From Podarcis erhardii (lineage: Eukaryota): DNA of 64,000 bases. The translations under genes and the position numbers were made by a program. Positions 51,121 through 61,670 of this stretch are shown one piece after another. The stretch lies in assembly GCA_964252035.1 (NCBI GenBank), contig OZ176202.1, one strand, 5' to 3'. The notes beneath the pieces are model-generated. The model ran no database searches. It saw nothing but the letters and a program-made list of their open reading frames with translations, and was not told the origin of the DNA. Position 1 is the first letter of the stretch. Each line of letters opens with the position of its first letter.

Positions 51121-51185
51121 AATCATAGAATTGTAGAGTTGTAAGGGACCGTATCATCTAGTACACCCTCCTGCAATGCAGGAGT
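51121..51185 (-). mobile_element. CR1-type tail remnant
   Basis: aatcatagaattgtagagtt..tcatctagt..ctgcaatgcagg. Confidence 0.6.
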
Positions 51186-51412
51186 ATGCAGTTGTCCCAT
51201 AGGGAATCAAAGTGTTGTTCAAGTAGAAGTACTGTACTGTACTGGAGATGAATTCTAAGCTTGCCTCTAAAAATGATCTTGCACAAGTGACTTTAGCAAC
51301 TTATGCCTCCACTCTCCCTTTCTTTCTTTCATTTCCTTGCCAAACTATACGCAATACATTCCCTCTAGATCAGATGGCACACCATACATAAATGGCCAAA
51401 TATTAAACTAAC

Positions 51413-51478
51413 CTGTTGAAGGTGAAATGCAAAAATCATCCTCTACAGACTGTCCATAAAGATCATCTTCTTCAAAGT
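51413..51478 (-). CDS. HBS1L: HBS1L coding exon 2
   Basis: cttag|AC...ACAG|gttagt; [22 protein letters not shown]; 66 nt. Confidence 0.96.
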
Positions 51479-52949
51479 CTAAGAAGCAAGAAAGACAATT
51501 TCCTACAACTTAATTTAAAAAGTTTTCTTATACACATTCTTATAACAAACATTAAGCTACATTATAGCTCAGGTGCATCACCTTCCAGGTCATTCTACCC
51601 GGCCCTCAGAACTTTCTGCAGACCATGTTCTCTCCTGAAGCCATATCCTCATTGGTCATGCTCTGTGTCCTTCTTGTGCACTTTTGCCTGGCTAGAGTGT
51701 GTCCTTGAACAGTGATAATGATAGAGGTGTGCAGAAATGTCAGACTTTTGAGATTAGGAGTGTTTTATTTCCTAATAAAGTAATTAAATTATGATTTTAG
51801 GCCTCAAAGATGAAATACAGGGAAATCAAATTCCTAAATTTTTAAAGTCAAAGCTTTAAAAATATTCTTCTCTAGAATAATTGAAAAGGAAACATGTGAA
51901 AGATATGTAACATGAAGGAATATAACAACAAAAGGGCAGTAATTAATCCAGACTAATGTTAAAAATAGAGTGTGCAGGTAGGATATAGAATATTATTATA
52001 CTATAGGGGAATCATGTTGGATTTGCCCATCTGATCTTAAATTATTAAAGATAGATATTTCTAAATAAAATTTAATCATTTACAGCACAACCCTAACCAT
52101 ATCTATTCAAGAAGGGTAGTAGTCAAAAGGTTCTGCAATACATAGATTACAAATAAAAACCCTTATAATTCAGTTATATATATCCTGAAATGCCTATTCT
52201 GACCTCATATGAAAAGATAGTATGTCACAGATGTATGGCACATAGGATGTGCCAGATTTTATCTTGTTATTATTGCAGTTTTTATACAGTGTTTTTTTCA
52301 TTATAGGTGTGCAGCTCTACAGTACTTAACACTAATACGTATATTCTCACCTTTGTTTTAAGTACAGTACTTATAAGCTCTACATGAATTATGTAATCAC
52401 ATAAAATTGATTGAGCGTTATAAAAGGTTTTTGGGGAACATTTAAACAGAAGTTTTTTGAGGAGCCTAAACTTGGACCAGTGCAATACATGGATGCATCT
52501 GCAGCAGCAGTTGTAAAATCAGATTGTTTATATACATTGTGATTATGTGTTTTCTACACTGAAACTGACAGGATTTTCCAACAGCGACCAATCAACCGCC
52601 CCTGCCAGCAGGCAGCTTGTGCATCATGTGTGTTCCTTATACTGAGGAAGTGGAACCTTGGCCTTCCAGATGTTATAAGGCAGCAGCTCCTACCATCTGT
52701 TACCAAAGCCTATGCTGCCTGGGGATGCTGGGAGCTGGTGCCCAGCAGCAACTGGAGGGGCTGCAGGTTCCCTATCCTTGGCTTGCAGTACTCCAGAGGT
52801 CCACCATATCGAACCACGAAGGGTCCTTACTTCTTGCCAGTTCTTCAACCCCTTTCACCCTCATCACCCATCCCCACTACCACACACACTGCAGCAGCGT
52901 CCCTTTCAAAACGGCTGCGCCTCTGTCCACAGTGAGGGCCAGAGGTTTC

Positions 52950-53960
52950 AGGCCCCCACCAGGTAGGCCAACAGGTGTGGTGAGCCGTGGGGCAAAACAG
53001 GAGGAAAGGACCAGAGCTCCTCTCCAACGAAACCCGACTCGCCTCGCAGCAAGCGGCCTCCCCACGCTTAGCCATGCCTTCTCTTTCGTGCCCCCCTCCC
53101 GCCGTGCCTCTCGGCTCCCTCCGCCGCCGCGACCCCCCTCAGCGCCTCGCTCGAGACCCCCAGTCGCCGGGCAGGTCGTGGGCGTGCTAGTGACGTCACC
53201 GCCACTCTCTCCGAGAGAGACTCTCCCCTCCCTCCGCCCCCCCCCCATGCCGAGCCGCGCTAGTCTGTCGTGCGAGGGGCGGGGAGGGCCTTCCCGCGAA
53301 GCTGGAGGCGGAGGAGCAGCTCCCCCTTAACACAACAACTCTCTACCTTCGTCGTAGTTATAGCCACGCACGTTCCTGTGCCGGGCCATGGCGAGCGCGC
53401 CGATGGCGACCTGAGGTAGTTGAGAGAGGCTAGGCCCCCTTGACACCCCCTCAGACGAGGCGTCTGTAGCGCCCCCGGGTCACCATGTTGTTGGTTTGGG
53501 CCTACCAGTGCTGCCGCTGCCCCCGCCCTCCTCGTAGGCAGCTTTTCGCGCATGCGCTACGCTGTATATTTTTTCTCTCTCTCTCTCCTCCCCTCCCTCA
53601 CCCAGACCCGGTACGCGCACGCGTGTGTCAGGCTGGAGTGAAGCGGCAGGTGGGAGGGGCGCGTGACGTACTGTCCCCGTCCGGCCTTGGCGTGTTGTTG
53701 TTTGTTCGCGCTTTAGCTGGGCTACGTCAGCTAAACTGTCCGATCGCTGAAGCGTCAAGCGGCCAATCAGAACCAGGCCCGCGATGACCAGGCCCGCCCT
53801 CTACTTAAAGCCGCTCTCGGACGTCAGTGCCGCGTGCGTTGCGAGTTGAGTGGCGGGCTGTTAGCTAGCTAGCGATGGTCTTTCGACGCTACCCTCTGAA
53901 TTAGGCGGGCTCACACGAGGGAAAGCACCTCCTGCATCAGTATTAGTTCCTAATGCTCAT
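52950..53960. promoter_or_regulatory. CpG-island promoter of HBS1L
   Basis: CpG-dense block around exon 1; NRF1-type GCGCATGCGC 53548-53557; CCAAT at 53763; GC boxes; full CRE TGACGTCA 53191-53198; CRE-like sites near 53664, 53723 and 53820. Confidence 0.85.
53347..53389 (-). CDS. HBS1L: HBS1L coding exon 1
   Basis: gccATGG Kozak; MARHRNVRGYNYDE; donor GAAG|gtagag; 43 nt. Confidence 0.96.
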
Positions 53961-54343
53961 TCCTGCTCTCCACGTCAAGAATTAGGAGTTCCCACGGCCA
54001 GACGTGTGTCCTTCAGAGTTAATGTGGCCCTCGCAAGGTTTTTATTTTGTTTCTTTTTGCATTTTATATGTGGCTACGTAGGTGGCAGACGATCCAGTCA
54101 AGTTGCCCTTGACTATCCAAATAAGAGGTGTTTTATTACAGTTTATGACATTTCGAAAATCATTGCCTTTCTCTAACCAGCTGAGGACAACGGAAATGGT
54201 TTACCGTCCGGATGAGGTGGGTTAGGCTGAAAAAGAATGACTGTCTCAAGGCCACCCAGCGAGCTTGGTGACTGAGGTAGCAGAGCACACTTCCCTGGGA
54301 GTCTTACTGGACTCCGTGGTGCTTACTTCTCAGTAGACATGTA

Positions 54344-54784
54344 CTGTGGTACCTTGGGTTACATACACTTCAGGTTACAGACTCCGCTAACCCAGAAATA
54401 CAGTGGTACCTCTGGTTAAATAGGCTTCAGGTTACATACGCTTGAGGTTACAGACTCCGCTAACCCAGAAATAGTGCTTCAGGTTAAGAACTTTGCTTCA
54501 GGATGAGAACAGAAATTGTGCTCCCGCGGCACGGCAGCAGCAGGAGGCCCCATTAGCTAAAGTGGTCTTCAGGTTAAGCACAGTTTCAGGTTAAGAACGG
54601 ACCTCCAGAACGAATTAAGTTCTTAACCCGAGGTACCACTGTAGTACCTTGGGTTAAGAACTTTGCTTCAGGATGAGAACAGAAATCGTGCGGCAGCAGC
54701 TGGAGGCCCCATTAGCTAAAGTGGTGTTTCAGGTTAAGAACAGACCTCCGGAACGAATTAAGTATTTAACCAGAGGCACCACTG
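54344..54784. mobile_element. MITE family 1 with a second family-1 copy nested at 54401-54641
   Basis: Outer TA at 54342 and 54785; inner TA at 54399 and 54642; outer sequence resumes as gtaccttgggttaagaac. Confidence 0.88.
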
Positions 54785-55885
54785 TACAGTATATGGTCAA
54801 GTCATGGAGGGAGATTTGAAAGCAAGTGCCCTCATTCTAGCCTTAACGCTTAAGTTTTAGCTACACTGGTTCTCCCAGTAACAAAGTCCAAAGTGGTTAC
54901 TATAATTTTTTCAGTTTTATAAATGACAGTTGTACTGGTGGTAAAGAATAGTACTTTGCTCACAGAGCCCTCATTTCAAATCCCTTTTTAAAAAATTACC
55001 CTATGTTATGGAACGAGGCAAGCTCTGGGGAAGGGAATCCACCAAATGGGTGCAACCCACCTTACCTCACATGGGGGAAGAGGGTTGGAACAAGTCTCCA
55101 AAGAGAAGGGAGAAAGATCCTAAGGAACATAAAACTTGAACAGTAAACACCAGCTTCATTCAATGAATGTGATAACCAGGGGGAAAGAACTAAATCATCA
55201 GTTTGTTAGCACGCTTAAATTTCAAAAGTCTTAAACATAAAGAATCTATTATTACTCATTGCTAGAACAACTGTCCTATCTTTGAATAACTAATCTATGA
55301 CAGATGTATTCTCCATTTTATAAATCTACTTGAAAACCTATCTGATAAAAGATCATCCCTGCAGTATAATGATTTTGTTTATATCAATGTGCTTGTCACT
55401 CTGCCCTTGAAAAAAATTATAGTAATACCACAAAGTTGGGTGGATATTGAAAATATGCAAGGTCTTGATAATGAGACACACTGCCCACAACTTTTAAGAA
55501 AAACATGCTAAGAAAAAACCCTTCAGGCAATTTTCTTGTAGTGTTAAACACAATATGCCTAAATATTTCAGTGTGTGTGTTTGTGACCAAAAGAGAAGCG
55601 GGTGGGTGTCACATGGTGCTTGTTTCCATATGGGAAAAATGCCACATGTAAAGTAAACCTTTCTGAAAGTCTTCATAACTCTCACAGTTACAGAGATGAG
55701 GATAAATACTTCACCCCTGCAAGCTAGTCTATTTTGTCTTCAATTCTATTTAGTTATCATTATCACATCTTTACATGGTGAACAGTTCCTGTGCAATGAT
55801 GGACAGATATTCTCTTTGTTCATCTGCCCACTGTACTTTCCTAATGAGGGCTCTTGCTGTCCCATTGGGCTACATACATGCAATA

Positions 55886-56172
55886 CAGTGGTGCCCCGCA
55901 AGACGAACGCCTCGCAAGACGAAAAACCCGCTAGACGAAACGGTTTTCCGTTTTGGAGGTGCTTCGCAAGACGAATTTCCCTATGGGCTTGCTTCGCAAG
56001 ACGAAAATGTCTTGCGAGTTTTTCCGACTTTCCCCCCCTTCCCCCCCCTTTTTCTAAGCCGCTAATAGCGCTAATCCGCTAAGCTGCTAATGGGCTTGCT
56101 TCGCAAGACGAAAAAACCGCTAGACGAAGAGACTCATGGAATGGATTATTTTCGTCTTGCGAGGCACCACTG
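55886..56172. mobile_element. TA-flanked MITE family 3 (gcaagacg internal repeats)
   Basis: TA-cagtggtgccccgcaagacgaa..ttcgtcttgcgaggcaccactg-TA. Confidence 0.88.
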
Positions 56173-56746
56173 TACTTTTAAAGTACGTGGCTTCCCAGAT
56201 AGAAACCTGGATACTAATTTACCCTCTTCCCTGAGCTACAAGTCTCTGCAACCATAACAAACTTCAGTTACTGGGATTCTTTGTGGGAAGCCATGTCCTA
56301 AGTCAGGAGGCTTTGTTTTGAGGAACAGCTTGTGGAGGGTCTTTTGTGTCTGATGTTACACTTCCTGCCACATACACAAGCTCCTGCATGTGGTGCTTGT
56401 TCTAGTGGGATCTCTATTGACATTACTGTGTTCTGAACTGTGGTTTTGAATGGGTTTGCGAGGGTCCTAGCACTGAGGATGTGATGCCACCGAATATAAC
56501 CACTCCCACATTCCTCCAATGCCAGATGTCACACTTGCCCATTTGTAGCCAGTGGAAGGCCTTGCATGGTTTTACTGTGCCACCTGCATTTCTTGAACCA
56601 CTTACAAGTGCAGGCTTTCTAGGTGCACCAGTCCAAGTTAGTCTGGCAAACTTATGTGAATAGATTGCCAACAGGAGGCCAATAAACGGCTGTTTAATCA
56701 TGCTGCAAATACGTCTATCTAATTGTGCTCACAGGTACACAACTAT

Positions 56747-56945
56747 CGAAATATACAAAAAAATAAAAAAATTGTCCAGTAGCACCTTAGAGACCAACTA
56801 AATTTGTTCTTGGTATAAGCTTTCGTGTGCATGCACACTTCTTCAGATACACTGAAACAGAAGTCACCAGACCCTTCTATATAGTGGGAGGGTGGGGTGG
56901 GGGTTTTCTCAGGAGGGTAGTAGGAGATGGGTGATTGACTCAATG
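56747..56945 (-). mobile_element. Penelope-like element pseudo-LTR fragment
   Basis: Perfect 13-bp TSD GGTACACAACTAT (56734-56746, 56946-56958); gtagcaccttagagaccaac motif shared with the copy at 15.4 kb; carries a hammerhead. Confidence 0.75.
56813..56850 (-). ncRNA. Minimal type I hammerhead ribozyme within a Penelope-like element
   Basis: GUAU-CUGAAGA-A-GUGUGC(AU)GCACAC-GAA-AGCU-U/AUAC: core intact, stem I GUAU/AUAC, 6-bp stem II, palindromic AGCU stem III. Confidence 0.8.
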
Positions 56946-58176
56946 GGTACACAACTATGTTATAAAAGGCTTGTTGAACTTTGATGTACGCATAAGGCCA
57001 TCAGTCACTTCCTTCAGTGGTGCTGCACTGTTTCACAGAGATGGATGAGGGCCTCCAACCCACCTGTGGACATTCTGGTTTAAATCAACCTTTTCCTACA
57101 TCAGAGGTGGGGAACCTTTTTCGCTGCATGGGCCAAATCCTTATCAAAATTAGCCTCATAGGCCAAATTTGACACGTGGGTGGTTCTGTCCACCTGTTAA
57201 TCACCTGACATCACAATGGCATCAGACTGAAGGTGCTTTGAAGTCCTGAAGTTGGGACTTCAAAGCACCTCGCAAGACAGAGTTAAAACAAAAGTCCCCC
57301 CCTCCATTTTAGCAGAGGATTCTATGCAAATCTCTTCCTGAACCAGTCTACACAGTCATGTACCACTGCTTGCTCCATAATTAAGCAAACAAATTTGGAA
57401 ATCTGAATGGCCTTAAACTGTCAGCTCAATTTCAATGTTCTATAACCGAGGATAGGATCAGACTACAGTACTAATATGATTAAGATAATAAAGCATGCTA
57501 AAATGTACTTTAAAAGCTAATCAGTGATAAACAGCAATGAACATTAATTGTCACATCACTCAAAAGCAACATGTTTTAATTTAAAAGCCACGAAGATTCG
57601 AATTATGTTTTCTGAGGAGTTTGCAAAATAAAATGGCTTCACCCCAAATAATATTAAAGCATTATTTTGCATTGAAAATGCTTTTTAACCAGTTTTTTAT
57701 AACTTCAGCAAAATCTTCAGATATTACAGATATTAAATTAACCTGTATTCTATAATAGTTGTTTGGCTAAGTATCTGTAATCTCTTTTCATTCTTTTTGC
57801 TATACAAGTCAAAGTTTGAAGTATTGTATCTAATCAGTCACACATAACACACCATGTCTTAAGCAGGCAATGGAAAGTAAAGAGACCATAGAACAGCCTT
57901 TGTTTAAATATTTAATTGATGCACCTTGACCATAATGTAAATAAGGAAATATTAAGTTGTCAATTATAGATAATTGTCATAAGATAACAATTACTATTGG
58001 GAGCAATTCCAGTGACTTTTTTTCGCCAAGAATGCATGTACTGGGCACAATGCTACTTAATTTGGCAACTGTTGTTAAACTGAGATCTAACAAAGTAACA
58101 CACATAAATAAATCAATGAGACTAGCCTCATTGATGAGACTGGTGTTTAACAGCAATATAATGCCACTGTGGTCTA

Positions 58177-58419
58177 CAGTGGTACCTCTGGTTAAGAACT
58201 TAATTTGTTCCGGAGGTCTGTTCTTAACCTGAAACTGTTCTTAACCTGAGGTACCACTTCAGCTAATGGGGCCTCCCACTGCCCCCATGCCACCACCGCG
58301 AGATTTCCATTCTCATCCCGAGGTAAAGTTCCCAACTCTAGGTACTACTTCCAGGTTAGCGAAGTCTGTAACCTGAAGTGTCTGTAATCCAAAGTGTCTG
58401 TAACTGGAGGTAACCACTG
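58177..58419. mobile_element. MITE family 1
   Basis: TA-cagtggtacctc..ggtaaccactg-TA. Confidence 0.88.
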
Positions 58420-59003
58420 TAATTGATATATCTTTGACTTTTATCTTGTCTCCAGTGCTATTCAAAGTTAGAAAATTATTACTACAGATAGGCAGGCTTT
58501 TCCTCCTATAAGTGTTTTTGAAGTGAAAAGGAGATAATCACTACAAACTACTAAGTAAAAGAAAAGGAAAGTTGAAATATCGGTTGATTGATTGACTTCT
58601 GAATATACATGCCTAGCTACGATTGAGTACAAGTCCTAGAGAGTTCAGTGAAACTTAACTCCCAGGTTAAGAATACATTTGATTATATTTCTCTACTTGA
58701 TTATGTTTCTAGACCTTAGTATCAGATTCCTTGGTCTTTACTGCTGCTTCCGTTACATAAGTGCCAAATATATTGCAAGATCAGTAGTTTGTTAAGGGTG
58801 CTGGGAATTGTAACTCCATGTCTGAGTAATAAAGTGGTAGATTGGGACTGTATCACTCCAGATGGTTGATGAGGGTGCCTTTTAACAAATCATTTCAAGT
58901 AAAAGAACTAAGCACACAAAGAAACAGATTTTTGAATGCTGCCCTATGTGAAAATAAATCTCCCTTCCAATAGGGGATCGCAATAACATCCCAGTAACAT
59001 CTA

Positions 59004-59241
59004 CAGTGGTACCTCAGGTTAAGGACTTAATTCGTTCCAGAGGTCCGTTCTTAACCTGAAACTGTTCTTAACCTGAAGCACCACTTTAGCTAATGGGGCC
59101 TCCTGCTGCTGCTGCGCCACCGGAGCACGATTTCTGTTCTCATCCTGAAGCAAAGTTCTTAACCCGAGGTAATATTTCTGGGTTAGCGGAGTCTGTAACC
59201 TGAATCGTATGTAACCTGAAGCGTAATCCAAGGTACCACTC
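59004..59241. mobile_element. MITE family 1
   Basis: TA-cagtggtacctc..aggtaccactc-TA. Confidence 0.88.
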
Positions 59242-60974
59242 TATTCCACTTTCTTAAGTCTGCAGAATTCCTGAGTACAGTAGGGAAACCCACATATAAC
59301 ATGAACTTCTACTGTACACAATAAACTATTGAACAAAACTGATAACATTTCTTAGAGGAGGCAATGAATATGTCCACCTCTAATGAGAGCAAAGTCTTTT
59401 CTCTCAGTGAACTTTTAAAAACTGTTTTAAATCCCAAAGCATACTAACTGCATGTTCCCCTTGAACTCAATAGGACTTACTTCTGCATGGGCATGTTTAG
59501 AATTGGGCTGTTAGCCAGTTAACTTCTGTGCTCCTCTGATCTGAACTTTTTTGCTCATGCAGTATTAAGCAGATTAACAAAAGGTGACAAGGTTAAGCAC
59601 TTGTAAAAACTATTTACACATGATCTCTTTAGATCAGCAGCACTGGGAGAAAACTTACACTGGGATAGTGAATGGATGGAAGTGTTACTTCAGAGTAACA
59701 CATTTTCTGCACATGAGAATGCTTAAATTGACAGTCTGTTCAAGGGATATGCATATGTGATTATTTATAGTCTCTTGCGGAATGCGCCTCTCGCACACTT
59801 CATTCTGTGAACAAATAGTTTTCCTGGGTTAGAAAAGTGTGTGTTTGTAAGCATTGTCACATGGCAAGTTGTACCTGCTGAGAGGAATAAGGAACAACAG
59901 CTTGTTCCCTCCTAGGAATGAAGAGCTATAGTTATGGGCTGGCTATGTTGTTTTTCGCTTCACAACAAACCCTTGATTCTTTCATGACAGGAGATTTAAA
60001 TATTTTATAGCATACTGTGCAAAACAGTCAATAGCTCATGCTTCAGTACATTGCTGAATGAATTAATCTGAACATCAATAGGTGAGATGCCAAGGACTTG
60101 TGTTTTGCCAAGGAGGCAAAATGTGGATTTTGTTTCCAGATCATGGGATGGAATGAACACACACTTAATCTGAATGAAAAACAATATTCTGTTGATATGC
60201 TCTCTGATATTGGGAATCAATACATGAGGTTTCCTATTTAAAACAGAGTTCTTATAAATCACCAGATCTGCTCTGAAAATTCTTGTTGCCAATATTGGAT
60301 GAGCTTCTCTATTCTGATACATTTCTTCCTCCTCGCCTTAATTTAGTTTGTAGACTCCTTGAGGTAGGGAACATCTTTTGATGACATTACTGGCACACTA
60401 ATGGCACCATTTATTTATTTATTTATATTGTCTGCTGCTTTCCTCCTCTTACTCCTGCCGTGAAGAACAGATACAGTACAAGCTATATAACAGTTCTGCT
60501 GTTAAGATTATAAATATTTTGCATTTCAAATAGATCCCTTAAGTGGTATGAAAATTCATGATACTTAATAATAAATAATAGAGGTCAGGAGGAATTGCCT
60601 GCCTCTTTTGTTATCCTTTATTTCCATATCTTCAAAATGCAAGGAAGAAGGGCATTGGAACTGGAAATTATGTTTTATAGACCTTTATAGGAACAGTATG
60701 GCAAAATTATGTGGCATCTCTTCTTTCATGTTTTGTTTTGGATTTTTTTTTTAATAAAAAAAGGCCCAACAATTAGCTTTCTCCAAAGCCATTACCGATA
60801 TAAGCTGCCTGAAGGTCTGAGATGTTTTCACAGTAACATTGAATGTACCTCTCAACAAGAAGCAATTTTTATAAAGCCACAGCCGCCTTTTGTGGTTGGA
60901 ATCTTAGTTGGGGAAGGGGGGACTTTAGAAATGCACCAGGTGTTATCTTACAACTTAACACAAAATGTAGGAGA

Positions 60975-61670
60975 TACAGCAACTCCATGTGCCAAAAGAA
61001 TATTTATACTGTGTATATATATAGCAAGACACAGCTCTCTCTATTTTCCGCCTATTAAACCCTCAAGATTCTGGAACTCATTCCTGCAGGTGGGCTGGAT
61101 GAGGTTGAACTGAAACTTAACCCATGGTGGAAGTCCTGTGGGTTGGGAAATTGGCCAGTCTAGATGTAGGTGTACAACCAGTTCTGGGCAGGTTTGCAGT
61201 CCCCACGGAAAGGCAGACTTGCAGCCTTGTGGTTCTAGATTAGTCACTATCTATGGAGGTTCAGGTGATAGTGGTAACCAGGGAAGTCTTTTTAGGAGTG
61301 TAGGAATTGCATACTTAGAGCACTTGAACCTTAGCCTTAGTTACTCATGCACCACTTCTATGCAGGCTTAACTAGTACAATTGCCCTCGTGGAGTTGCCT
61401 TTGAAGACAATTCAGAAGCTTCAATTGGTGCAAAACCAGCACCTGGTTGTTGTCAGATGCAAGAAAATTTGAGCACGCAACAACAGTCATGCACCAGTTG
61501 CTGTTTCTGGGCCCATTTCAAAGTGCCTGTGTTAACCTTTAAAGCACTAAGCAGTTTGGGACCAGATTAATATAAGGACCTCCTTCACCCGTACTATCTT
61601 ATCCATTTGCTGAGATCTTCAGAGGCCCTGCTCGTTTGCCTGCTGCAAGATTGATTAGGTTAGACTGAGG
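60975..61670 (+). mobile_element. Degenerate L2 LINE RT fragment
   Basis: Remnants read LKLNP, LPLKTIQKLQLVQN and FKVPVLTFKAL..LGP. Confidence 0.6.

Noticed and set aside
52617-53787. Several long ORFs (up to 237 aa) on both strands around HBS1L exon 1
   Set aside because: Low-complexity Pro/Arg/Gly/Ala translations expected from stop-poor CpG-island DNA; no recognisable domain
55886-56172. Regularly recurring gcaagacg words resembling a CRISPR-like array
   Set aside because: Short, irregularly spaced and bounded by terminal inverted repeats with TA TSD: subterminal repeats of a MITE in a vertebrate genome
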